Origin: the human T2T-CHM13v2.0 reference genome, Homo sapiens
Reading direction: 5' to 3' (one strand)
DNA: 64,000 nucleotides
Assembly (NCBI RefSeq): GCF_009914755.1
Contig: NC_060928.1
Shown piece by piece: positions 26,228 through 39,199 of the stretch. Position numbers and translations under genes: made by a program. Each line of letters starts with the position of its first letter. Positions within the stretch are counted from its first letter, which is position 1. Under the pieces are notes generated by a model. It saw nothing but the letters and a program-made list of their open reading frames with translations. It was not told the origin of the DNA and made no database searches.

Positions 26228-26910
26228 TGTAGGTGATAGTTGATGTTCTATAGAGATTTTCTCATATCACTTTTCTTATTTCTGGGTATTTGTTCCTTAG
26301 CTTCTGTTTTTGCTTAAAAAGGCATACCTGCGACTCTCCTCAGAGGACGGCGCTTAGATTAACGGAGCCACTTTTCCCATGGGGGCAGAGAGTAGGGATG
26401 CCTGGGAGTTTACATCCCTTATGGAATGTTAACAGATGTTAACCGATCACTCCTTGATTTGAGAATATGACAGTCCAACATACTTGCCTTTAGTTGAGAC
26501 AATCTCCGGAGTTATTTTCCCAAGCTGCAGGATCAGGCTAGGCGTTTACCTGAAATTTTAGCTTTCTTTGTCTTTCCCGTCCGTGTTCTGCTTCCTGCAC
26601 TCCCTCCACAGTATTCATAGAAGCATTTCCTTATTTTGTGGTATTTTTTTTTTTTTAGAGAACTTGAATTAAGACAGTTGATATTGAACGTAGTCTAGAG
26701 TGCAGACTCAAAAAAATCTGTAGTTTACTGACTCACCTGCCAAATGGCAGTAACGAGCCCAACTCAAGTGACCAGCAGAGTATGGATAGCTGCTGTCAGG
26801 CTGCTGTATTGCAGTTACTAAGACTTTCACCTGGGATGAACTGGGATAGGGTACAGTTGAATAGGGATGAACTGCTTTGTGCATCCTCTAGTATTTGGGA
26901 ATATTACAGT
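26228..26910 (+). mobile_element. ERVL LTR16-like LTR followed by the start of internal sequence
   Basis: TGTAGG start, GCCTGGGAGTTTACATCCC and ...AATTAAGACA|GTTG end at about 26676. Family called by eye. Confidence 0.5.
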
Positions 26911-27326
26911 ACTCTTCTTAATCTTAGAGATAAGATAAAGAAATATATTGTCACCTCTATCATTTATCATTTTCTATGCATTAACTGCTAGAATTAGACA
27001 AGAAAAGGCATGAAGAAGGAAAAAAAGAGCACAAAAACTCATTATTTTATGATTACCTGGAAAAAATAAAACATTCAACAACAACAACAACAAAAATCTC
27101 TCCTACAATGAATTAAACCATTTTAAGATAATGTTTACAAATAAATAAATTTCCAAATCAGTACACTTTGTATATACAAACAAGTTACATGAAATATTGA
27201 AAGACGTCATACCATTTACAATAGCAACAAAGAATTTAAAAGCTAAGAATAAAATTAACAAGACATTTGTAAATTGTATATTTTTTAAAAACAGCTTGAC
27301 CAGATAGAAAGATATGTCATGCTTTT

Positions 27327-27620
27327 TTTTTTTTTTTTTGCGACGGAGTCTTGCTCTGTCGCCCAGGCTGGAGTGCAGTGGCGTGATCTCGGCTCACTGC
27401 AAGCTCCGCCTCCTGGGTTCACGCCATTCTCCCGCCTCAGGCTCCTGAGTAGCTGGGACTACAGGCGCCTGCCACCACGCCCGGCTAATTTTTTGCATTT
27501 TTAGTAGAGACGGGATTTCACCATGTTAGCCAGGATGGTCTCGATCTCCTGACCTCGTGATCCGCCCGCCTCAGCCTCCCAAAGTGCTTGGATTACAGGC
27601 GTGAACCACCGTGCCTGGCC
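27327..27620 (-). mobile_element. AluY with a ~59-bp flanking direct repeat
   Basis: CpG-rich AluY. Duplicated flank at 27268-27326 and 27621-27680. Confidence 0.93.
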
Positions 27621-28025
27621 TGTAAATTGTATATTTTTTTAAAAACAGCTTGACCAGATAGAAAGATATGTCATGCTTTTAGATAGGAATACTAATAACA
27701 TAAGTTGTCAATTTTTTAAGTTAATTTACAAATGGAACATAATACAAATAAACATGCCAAGAACATTTTTAACTAGGAAAAGTAATTCTACAATTATATG
27801 AAAATATTAACTTTTCGTGACTAAAAAACAAAGATTGAGAAAATACAAGGTCATCAAAATATACTACGATTTTTCAGTAATTAAAACCCGGTGGTGCAGG
27901 TACATTAAAAACAGAATCTAAAGACCAGAAATTGGCCCAAATAAATTTGGAATTTTATCTAACGATAAAAGTATCATCTCAAACCAGAGGGAAAAATATG
28001 AACTATTTAAAAATGATGTGAGGCT

Positions 28026-28432
28026 TGGTTATACACCATGGACTACTACGCAGCTGTATAAAAAAGAACAAAATCATGTCCTTTGTAGAAACACGGATGC
28101 AGCTGGAGGCCATTATTTTAAGCAAATTAATGCAGAAACAGAAAAGTAAATACCACATGTTCTCACTTATAAGTGGAAGCTAAACACTGAGTACACATAG
28201 ACATAAAGATGGGAACAACAGGTACGGGGGACTACTTTAGAGAAGAGGGACGGAGGAGATGGGGACTGAAAAGCTACCCATTGGCTACTATCGGTGACAG
28301 TTACTACCTGGGTGACAGGATCATTAATACCCCCAACACCAGCATCACAATATACCCATAATTTACCCATGTAGTAAACATGCACATGTGCCCCCTGAAT
28401 CTAAAACAAAAGCTAAAATTATTTTTTAATAA
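28026..28432 (+). mobile_element. L1PB-like 3' end inserted in older L1
   Basis: ATACACCATGGACTACTAC...AAATCATGTCCTTTG...CACATGTGCCCCCTGAATCTAAAA. Approximate TSD AAATGA(T/A)GTG. Confidence 0.8.
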
Positions 28433-28553
28433 ATGAAGTGGGGAAACCTACATAAACTGTTAGAAAAACATAAAGTTGAACTAATTGTTCATACCATACA
28501 ACAGAAATAAAATCATAATAGATCAAAGGTATAAATGTAAAAATAAAGTCACA

Positions 28554-28605
28554 AAAGTCCTATAATAAAACATGGTAGAAAGTCCTATAATAAAACATGG
28601 TAGAA
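28554..28605. repeat. Perfect 25-bp tandem duplication
   Basis: AAAGTCCTATAATAAAACATGGTAG twice. Confidence 0.95.
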
Positions 28606-29495
28606 TTCCTTTAGAGTCTAGAGTGCAAAAGGTTTATCTAACTGACACAAACTCTAGAAGCCACGAAAAAAAAGATCATTTTAACAAGATAAATTGTTGA
28701 AATCTTTCTGACAAAAAGAAAAAAATCATAAAGTCAAAACATAAAATCATAATGTCACAAAAATGTGATATATTTAAAACCACAGCCAAAGTCCTAGTCC
28801 TTTTAAATTTAACAAAGTTCATACAAATTGATAACAAAAAGATGAGCAACCTAACTGAAAATCAGCAAAGGATATTAATAAATTCTTCACAGAAAAAAAA
28901 TACATATGGCTTTTATACATATGCAAAGATGCTCAATCTTAATCATATTGAAATGCAATTTCAAAAATCAAGAATGTTCTCATTAACAAATAAGAGTTGA
29001 TCAAAAGGAGAAGCTTTCTTGAAGCAGCATATTCTGGCCCAACTTGGAATAATTTGAGCACTAAGAAAGATAATGATTGCAATGAATTATTATACATTTT
29101 TTAAATGATGAGTATAGTTTTATCAGAAGAGAGAAGGGAAAAAAGAAAAAGGAGGTTCTTTAAAGAATCACAGCTAATAAATGTAAAAGGAATGAAAGAA
29201 TTAGAAAATCAATGATTTTGCAATTCTATTCAATAATTGATTCAGACAAGCATCATAATGAGTGTGGAAACCTCTGAGTGAAATCTTATTAAAATAGAAA
29301 ATTTCACATACTTTTGAATTATTCATCCAAAGATCACTTATACATTTCAAAGGAAAGCGTACCTTTGTAAAAGGGAGATCTGATTGTCACCCTTAATTAA
29401 ATGACCAAAGCAAACATCACCAATACTGCCAGTTAACATAACCAATATTGATAACGCCATATACTTTATGTAAAATGCTTGCCAAAAATGCTTAC

Positions 29496-29863
29496 CCTGA
29501 ATCCAGTGATGAGAAAACAAAAGAATCCAAAAAATCCAGAATATGATAAAATCTATGCCACAATTGGCCTGGAATTTCCTCTCTCTCTTTTTCTTTCTTT
29601 CTTTTTTCCTTAATTCTGTTTGAGACAGAATCTCACTGTCACCCAGGCTGGCATGATCTCTGCTCACTTCAACCTCCATCTCCCGAGTAGCTGGGATCAC
29701 AGGAGCCCGGCACAATGCCCGACTCATTTTTGTATTTTTAGTAGAGATGGAATTTTGCCATGTTGTTCAGGCTGGTCTCGAACTCCTGACCTCAGGTGAT
29801 CCGCCTGCCTTGGCCTCCCAAAGTGCTGGGATTACAGGTGTGAGCCTCTGTGCCCGGCCTGGC
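29496..29863 (-). other. Candidate upstream alternative exon of SLC7A11 (5' boundary uncertain)
   Basis: Strong donor AGG|GTAAGC at 29496/29495. Upstream pyrimidine tract (about 29885-29915) with TTCCAG| at 29864. Confidence 0.45.
29578..29859 (-). mobile_element. AluS with internal deletions and GA-rich tail (sense to SLC7A11)
   Basis: Reverse Alu with a 13-bp TSD TGGCCTGGAATTT at 29565 and 29860. Confidence 0.88.
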
Positions 29864-31601
29864 CTGGAATTTTCAAAAACTCAGTGTAATAAAAAATAAA
29901 AAGGGAGAGAGAGTGTTCTAGATTCAAAATAACTAAAGGGATACAACAACCTAATGCAGTTTGTCAAACTTGATTGAACCCCAGATTTTTACATATATAC
30001 AATATATTTTGGAAAATTGAAAAAATATGAATAAGAATTGTATTTTAATTTATATATGGAATTATTAATTTTCTTAGATGTGACAATAAAATTGTGACTG
30101 CACAGGAGAATGTCATTATCTTTCAGAGATGCATGTGAAATACATATGGGTGAGGTGTCATAGTGTATGTAATTTGTTGCCAAATGATTCAGCAAAAATA
30201 TATGTAAAGATAAGTCAGATGCAGTAAACTATTACCGTTGCATCAGAGTTTATGATAGCAAAAGTTTGGAAAAAACATCAATATCCATCAAAAGGGAATA
30301 GTTAAATAATTATCAAATATAAAATGAAATACTAACCAGCTTTAAAAATTTGTTTTAATCTCGTAATGTAGTGGTATAGGTAAATTTCTAAAATATAACA
30401 TATCTGATATTAAGTAACAAAAGAAGGGCAATAATTGTGTGTGTGTGTGCATAAAGATAATTATGTAAAATCTCTGCATAGAAATTGAGCAGACAGGTGT
30501 AAAAGTAGGAGAAATGTTTTTAGTTTATACTTCTTTTTAATGCTGATATCTAACCTTTGTGAATGAATACCGATTTTAATAACCACAAAAATGTAACAAA
30601 CAATGAGGCAAGTGCCAAGAATGTAGAGAAAAGGTAGATAATGTAATAACAGAAATAGATTTAAACATAATGATGAGAAATAACAAATATGACAACTGTT
30701 TTTCTGAAAAGCTAATAAATTTAAGCATGTTTTTGGCAAGACAGCTCAAGATAAAGAGAGACAGTCATAAGAAAATCTTAAGAAAAAAATACAGGTAATA
30801 ACCAGTAACAAAGTACAGGTTTAAAAACCTTAATAAAGGGCCCAAATTCAGAACAATTTATTTTAAGAGCCAGATTAAATGGGCAATTTTCTAGAAAAAC
30901 CAATACTACCAAAATGACTCAAAAATAAATAGAAAATTGGAATATATTTTTAAATAGTTAGAAATTAATCAACGTTAAAAAGCTACATTTAACAAAATAA
31001 TCAACAAAAAGTAGACAGGTATTTTATAGCAGATGTCCACAAACATTTAAAGGACACATAATTCCTAACTTTTGCAAACTATTGCCAAAGTAGTAAAAGT
31101 AGAAAAACTCCCAATTCTTTTTTATTAAGCTATTGTAATTTTGATAACAAGTAATAGAAAAAGACAGTAAAAACATGGAAAAAGAAAGTACAGCCTTACC
31201 TAAAATGTAAATAAATGCATGCTAAAGTGTTAACAAAAATACTTAAAATATTGGCAAATCATATTTAATAATGCATTTAAAAATTCATAATAATCTAATA
31301 TGATATCTTAGAATAGAAAGATAATTGAACAATAGAAAATAAGCATAGTCCTTTGTGTATTATTTATATGCAATTTACTTGTATAAGTATAGAATTCACA
31401 ATTCCTATACTGGAATGTACATAATATGGAATTTACAATTTTTTAGAATCCTTTTATTGTGTAATTGTATAACCAAAAGATGGTAAAATGATAAATTTAT
31501 TTTATTTATAGTATATTATTATATATGCATATATTTTATTATATATGCATATATAAAAATATATATATTAACATATGCTATTAAACATTTTCTTAGAAAT
31601 T

Positions 31602-31901
<300 letters not shown>

Positions 31902-33410
31902 GGAATTTTAACCAATAAAAACAGAAAAGAAAGAAAATAAATAAAATGGCTAAGTATTGTAAAAAAAGTATATAAAGAGTTTTTGTTATTCACAGATAGT
32001 ATTATTGTCTAAATAGAAAGTTGAAGAGAAGAGACTCTACCAACAAACATATTTAAAATAATGAGGATGCCCTGTAAGGTTGCTGAATATCAGATCATTA
32101 TACCAAAAAAACTTATATTTCCAAAAGCAAAAAAATACAAAATATCCTTTAAAAAGTATTAAAAGTTGAAAAATGTAGATGACCTAGAAATAAATAAAAA
32201 GTTTATAAAATATTAAAATCTTCACTGAAGGATTTATAAGCAGACTTAAATTCATAGAGATATATGCCCTCTCCTGGATGACAAAACTCAATAGCTTGAA
32301 GATGGCAATCCTCATTAAATGAATTGATATGTGAAAATAAAATATTTTTTAAAATTTTTATAAAACTAGATAAGTTCATACTCAAATATATATATTTTAG
32401 GATGAAAGGCCAAGAATAATCAGCACAAATTAAAAATAAAAACTAGTAAGAGGAGGAAAGAGTCAACTGGAAATCAAGACTTATTGCAAAAACATGGTAA
32501 TTAAACTAGTGATCCTGGTACAGAAACAAATAAGTAGACCAATAGAACAGAATAGAAAGCTTACTTTAAAAGGCTCAATTATATATGAAGTCAAAGGTGT
32601 ACAACAGGCAGCATTACAAAACAGTGGAGACAGAGTGGCCTATGTAATCCATGGTGTTAAAATAGTTGGCTTTCTGCATAGAAAAAGTTCAGATTAGATT
32701 CTTACCTCAAAGTATACACAAAAATATTTTAAACAGATTAAAGACCTGAATATGAAAAGCTAATTTTTAAAGTATTTTACAAGAATGTTTAGGAGTAAAT
32801 GTTATGTCATCAGAACAGTGAAAAAATTTTAAACAAGACAAATATCTACATGGGTTGCTCCCTCCCTTGCCTAACAAGTTCTCTGCTCTACTCAAAAGGG
32901 CTTGTTTTTGGCCATCAGATATAAAATACGAACCTCCACACTTAATGCTTACTATTTGCTATATCATTACCCTGTTTTACTTTTCTTTATATCAATTATT
33001 ATCGGTGCTGAGAAGGGAATAGGCACTTCATCTATTGTGTTTGCTGCTGTACCCCTAGATCTAGTACCTGGCACATAATATTCTCTGAATAGAATATTTA
33101 AAGAATTGTGAAAATGAAAAAAGAAAGTGAAACTATAAAGGAAAGTATTTGTAAGTGTATGACATTAAATTAAAAATTTTCTGTACATTAAAATTACTAT
33201 AAATATAGAAATAGTCCATATCCAAGAGACCATATTTGTTTTGCATCTAAGGGAAAGTTGTAAAGTCCAGAATATGTGTGTGTGTGTGTGTGTATGGAAA
33301 TGTATAAGAAAAGCAAACAATTCAAGATAGAAAGGACAAAGGATTTAATCAGTTTATTCAAAGAAGAGAAAACTTAATTGGCAGAACACATGAAAAAGTG
33401 ACCTTAGGTA

Positions 33411-34197
33411 TGATAGCAACAGGAGCAGATGCATCCCTGGGCAGACAGGGAAAGTTCCCCGATGAAACCTAACCTTCAAACCAAAGACAGCCTGAAGCCT
33501 GAGAACCTGAGCTGCCAGTTCTGGGTGGAGCCCACAACTGGAGTGAAAACTTCCCCCATGCCTTTTAGCCAATTGAATGCTGCTTTTCCAGGCCTGCCCG
33601 TGGACCAACCAGCATGCACTTCCCCATTCTGAGCCCATAAAAATCCTGGACTCATCCTCACAGAGGGCTACCCACTTTGGGTCCCCTCTTGTTGTTGAGA
33701 GCTTTTCTGTCACTCAATAAAATTCTTCTCTGCCTTGCTCACCCTCTGATATCCACCATACCTCATTCCTCTCGGTCATGAGACAAGAACCCGGAAACCG
33801 TAGAACAGCAGGTGCAAAAGGTGCTGTGTACATACACTCCTGCTCGTCAAGCTACAGGAGTGAAAAAACCGCTGGGCGCCACACAGCCCCATTCATTGAG
33901 CTGCAGGCAGTGGGACCAAATGAGATGTGTGACACACCCCACTTCACCAAGCTCAGGCAGCAGGAATGAAAGAGAGCTGTAACACTTCCTTGGGGCTCAG
34001 ACCTCGGGACTCCCTGAGCAAAAGCTGTAACACCCCTTGGAACTCCACAGTTGCTGGCATCTCCGAGTTTTGGGGTGCCACTGTCTCCCTCTCGTCCAGA
34101 TGCCAGGGCCCAGTGGCCCCAGCAAAGCCTGGGCAGAAGCGCCACTGGCTGTGGAGAATTCCGGCTGGTGAAGCAGCATTGAAAAAATTGTGTGTCA
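33411..34197 (+). mobile_element. ERV1-class solo LTR (LTR27/LTR28-like)
   Basis: TG...CA termini with a 4-bp TSD GGTA (33407-33410 and 34198-34201). CCAAT at about 33589, CATAAAA at about 33636, AATAAA at 33716. GC-rich island inside L1. Confidence 0.85.
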
Positions 34198-35796
34198 GGT
34201 ACACAACCACTTTGTTGACATTTGTCAATAATAAACATTGACTGGCGCTGCTTGTGAAAATCAAGTAGTGTTTACTTACCTAAAGCACAGAGAGAAGAAA
34301 GCAAATGCAGTCAAGGTATACCACAGAGATCTTAGCTACATTCTTCAGCACAGATGGTGTTTTCCTTTCACCACTTGCAGACCATAACATACAAGAAAGC
34401 TGAGTGAGGTGGCCCAAGCTTTCTGTTACCATGACATTCTCTTTCTAGATCTGAAAGCAATCTACATGTAAGCAAATCTGGCATATATCAGTATCTCATC
34501 TGAGTCAGGTTTACCTTATCAATCTCAAAATTGTACAACCCACAAATTCAATTACAAGTTATACGGCATTATACCTAGATATTAACATAGCTCCTCATCT
34601 GTTTCCTTCCACTTTCCCAGGCTAATATAGTCTCATCAAAGAAAACACTGGTAGAAAAAACACATTCCTCTCAAACACATATGGAAGAGTTACCACAGTT
34701 GCCTACATCCTATGACATTTAAGAAATCTCAAAATATTTCAGATAAGACCTATTATACAATTCACGTACTTTGACTGCAACACAATTAAGTTAGAAGTTA
34801 GAAACAGGAAAATTAAAATCGGCATTAAAACTCATTGGTCTAAAAGAAAAATAAATGGTAAGAAATGTTACAATTCTTAGAGGTGAATAATAATAATAAT
34901 AGTATATCTAAATGTGTGAGGAATATACCTTAGGCCACATTGAGAGGGGGATTTACAGCCTTAACTGCTCAAATTAGAAAAGAAGAAAGACCAAAAATTA
35001 AAGAGTAACTGTCCAACATAAAAAATTAAAAGCAAGCAATAGGGCCAAAGAAAGTTAAGTAAAGGAGATAATTAAGATAACAAAATAGATGAAGATAAAG
35101 TAGAAAAATTCCACAAATTCTAGCTATTTTAAGAGTAGGAAAATAAAAGCAAACTTCTGGTAATATTGATGAATAAAAAGATAGAGACAGAAAATGCAAA
35201 TATAATATTATGAATGACAAAGGAGACAGTACTAATGATACAACTGAAATTATAAAGAGAACAAGCAAATACTATCAATAACTTTGTTCAAATTAGATTG
35301 AAAACCTAGGTGAAATGAACATATTTTTGTTAAAAGTTAACCTAAGAAAACTAACTTGTCAGAATATAGAACACTTGAATGGCACTATCATTAGTAAAGA
35401 AATTGAAGTATTGCTAAAATCTCACACAGAATTAATACAAGATCTGGGTGGGTTTACAGGCGATCTTACAAAACCTTTCAAAGATCAGTATAGTAGAAAT
35501 TTGTATACCCCAAACCCACCAATTCTACTCACAGCAATTTAACTAAGAGAAAACTTTATCCATGTTCACCAAGAGATGTTGACAAGAACAATCAAAAAGC
35601 AAAAAATTATAAACAACCCTAATTGCCTTTAACTGGAGAATGCTAAATGAATTGTGTTTTATTCACACAATGCAGCATGAAAAAGACGAAACTACAACTG
35701 CCTGAAAAAACGTGAGAAAATCTTAACATAATAAAACCCCCAAAGCAATTCAATATGATACTCTCTTTATAAAGTTTAGCAACAAGCAAATGCAAA

Positions 35797-35797
<1 letters not shown>

Positions 35798-35831
<34 letters not shown>
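35798..35831. repeat. (CA)n microsatellite
   Basis: About 16 CA units. Confidence 0.95.
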
Positions 35832-35833
<2 letters not shown>

Positions 35834-38829
35834 TTCCTAAAAGGCAAACTAAACTTTACGGCTAAGGGATGCAAAGGGAGAGGGGTTTAAGAGGTCATGG
35901 GTATCCACGGCATTATTTATAAACAAACAGATAAGCAAAAATATGGCCGTGCCTGGACTAATAATGTTGTGTCATAAACCTAGGAATATAATGAACGTCA
36001 TTCCTCATGCCAGAGGTCTTACAGAAAAGAAAAAGAAGTAATTTTATCTTCTGGTCTCATAGTAACAAATCTTAACCAGCTACTTTACACAGGGAAATAA
36101 AAGTTAAGGTTTCACCTCTCTCCAGTTGGCAAATATTTAGGATGATTAACATCCACATGTGGGTGAGGATATGGGGAAAGGAAACCTAAATATTGACCTT
36201 CAAATGTAAATTTATACAATGACTTTAGGTAGCAATTTAGAAATATCTAGAAAAGTTAAAGTCGCACTTGCCCTATGAGTTAGGAATTACACTTCCATAT
36301 ATCTACGTTAAATAAATTTCTTTACAAGTGCTCAATGGAGACAAGTACAAGGATCCTTCATTGCAGTGTTGTTTATCACAGCAAAAATGCAGAAACATCA
36401 CAGAGAAATGAACAAACTGTGGTGTATTCCTACTGGTAAAGTGTATTAACAACTTAAAACCATCAAGTTAAGTGAGAAAAGCAAATTGCAGTCGGATACA
36501 CAGGATATGATACTATTTAAGTAAAGTTTAAAAGTACACAATACAATTTTGCATATTGTTTATGAATTCATTCAATACTTAGTAAAAGAACATTAGGTTA
36601 TTACCAATTCCTGAATAGCGAGTAGTTTGCCTATCAGGCAAGAGAAGGGAGGGTTCCAGGGATAAAGCTTTGCTGGGATCCTCAATGTATTATTTCTTTA
36701 AAGTAAAAATAAGCTGTGAACTCCAGGAACATGGCAAAATAGCATCTGTTAAACCTAAATCGTGCATCGTGTGTTTGTTACTTTCTTTTTTTCTGTAGGT
36801 TTTAATTATTTCATCAGTAAAAATGAATTGAATTAAATTCTATTGAATTATGCAACAAAATAGTCTGCCATCTCAAACTACCTTAAATGCCAGAGAACAT
36901 CATCCGTTCCACAGCACAACAGAATCATTGGAATCCTTGGAATGGTTTGATGTGTCCAGTCTTGCCTGTAATTATTTCACTCAACTAAGCCTAAATTCCA
37001 ACACGAAAAAGGAAAGAGATTTTGGGAGGAGTACTTAGCCTTCTGTAATATAAATTTTTATCAATTATCAGAGAATGCTGAAAGTGCTGTTTTGTAACAG
37101 ATTGTTGAGGTTATATTAAACCTAGACAAACTAAAATCATTCATACATAAGCAATTTCAAAACACCTTAAATAAGGTCATTAAAATCTTTAATTTTTTGT
37201 AGTATGTTTCTTTTATAGAAATGTGTAAACTCCAGAGAAAATATATAGAAGCAATGTAAGAAAATTATAAATACATGTATAAATTTAGGTCATATGAACA
37301 TCTGAAATACCATAATTATGGTGCTGTTTCCATTTCAGAAATTCAACCTATCAAAAAAATGTGGTCCTTGATTTCAATCATGATACTGAGTCATCAAAAT
37401 GTAACCACAAGCAAGTCTCCACGTGGATTTCCACTCCTTGTTCTTTTAAGAAGCAGGAAATCATAATCTCTGAAAAGGACACACCCATCACCATTAATGA
37501 CAGCCTATCTACAGTGTAATTTACGTCAACATTCACTTGAATAATTTGTTAGAGACCTTGTACTTCACACTTTGCAGTGGGGAAAGTGATTATTAAAGGA
37601 ATTTGCCACAGGAAATAGTTACAAATAAGAGAAAAACATTACTGAAGTTGGGGGGGGTGGGCAAGAATCTTAGTCCATAACATAAACAAAATCCATATAT
37701 TTTAATCTCTTAAATAAAACAAGTAATAAGCAATTAGTTCCAATCTAGTTAAATTCAATTATGAGTTACATGAAAATCTCAATATGAAATTCAGGGCCAG
37801 AATTCACTAAAAAGATGTCTATTAAAATGACTAACTCACCATGAGTTGTCACAAAGAACCCTAAACACATTTTAAAGTTTTAAAAAGTGTAAAATAATTT
37901 TGCTAAAATTAGATTGTTTTTAAAATCTGTTTATGTTAATAAATATTTGAATTAATTTTACTAAGTAAATTCTCCTTATACTTGAACATCCTTAGGAGGT
38001 ATATAAATGATATACAAAGTCATATATACCTGATTGACAATTAGCCCTTAGGTGAGAATGTTCACTTTGGACAAGCTGGGTCAGTTCATTGACCTCCTCA
38101 GTTTAAGTGTCTCCCCTCTGCATCTGTCATTTTATTCCTGCTTTAGGTAAACATTTAATGACTATTTACCATGTTCCAGGCATTATACTAGGTGGGGATA
38201 TATAGAGGTTAATAATAATACTAATAAGAGTGTGTAAGTGCCTATCACTGTATAAGCAATTTACAGTCCCCACCATCATAAAATTTACAATGAAGTAGAG
38301 AAGACACAACTAATAAATTGATTTCAATTGTAATAAGAGCCAACAAGAAGACCAATAGGAGTCTAAATAACAGGGAAATGGTCTGAAAGGCAGGGTTGGT
38401 ATCCTTGAGAAAGGACAAGAACACTACCAGTTTCCACCAATTGCTTACTATTTTGCCCCAGTTGCCCCATACAGCTTTTCTCTGAAAACCAATGCTGTAT
38501 TTCTAAAAACTTTATTAAACCCTTTCCTCATTCTTACCCACTTTTCTCCCATGTCTGATGAGCTCTTCACTAAGAAACCTACACTTGCCCCCCATATGTA
38601 GGTAAATATACGTCATCCCACTGAAGATTCAGAGACTCATATGAGCATTAATTCACAATTAATTTCCTGCATGATGTTAGTAAAACCAAAGAGAATGCAG
38701 GTGTTGCTGATTAAAAGCTGCCTTTCTCCAAAATTGTTACATACCATTTCTACTGCAATCTGTTCTCTTTCATTGCCAGGAAGACAATGAGAGCAGGAGG
38801 GCAGAAAAGAAGGGAGGAATAAAAGAAGG

Positions 38830-39199
38830 TGTATTAGTCTGTTTTCACACTGCTATATAGAACTACCTGAGACTGGGTAATTGATGCAGAAAAGAGGCTT
38901 CATTGACTTACAGTTCTGCAATCTTAACAGGAAGCATGATGGGGAGACCTCAGGAAACTTATAACCATGGCAGAAGGCAAAGGGGAAGCAAGGACCTTCT
39001 TCACATGGTAGCAGAAGAGACAGAGTGCAAAGGGGGAATGTGCCACACACTTTTAAACCATCAAGTCTCATGAGAACTCACTCACTCTCGTGAGAACAGC
39101 ACAGGGAAAATCCATCCCCATGATCCAATCACCTCTCACCAAGACCCTCCTCCAATTCAACGTGAGATTTGGATGGGGACATAAATCCAAACCATATTA
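38830..39199 (-). mobile_element. MaLR solo LTR (MSTA/THE1-like)
   Basis: TGTATTAGTC...CCAAACCATATTA with a 5-bp TSD GAAGG. Confidence 0.88.

Noticed and set aside
29347-29495. 3' part of the 126-aa ORF as a single-exon gene
   Set aside because: Repeat-derived and lies beyond a strong donor. Only the spliced interpretation is retained as a hypothesis.
31512-31570. AT-rich 20-bp tandem repeat with TATATGCATATA palindromes
   Set aside because: Short low-complexity sequence with arms too short to argue for a functional cruciform.
33354-34264. Cluster of 60-128 aa ORFs on both strands
   Set aside because: All lie in a GC-rich solo LTR and show no gag/pol/env similarity.
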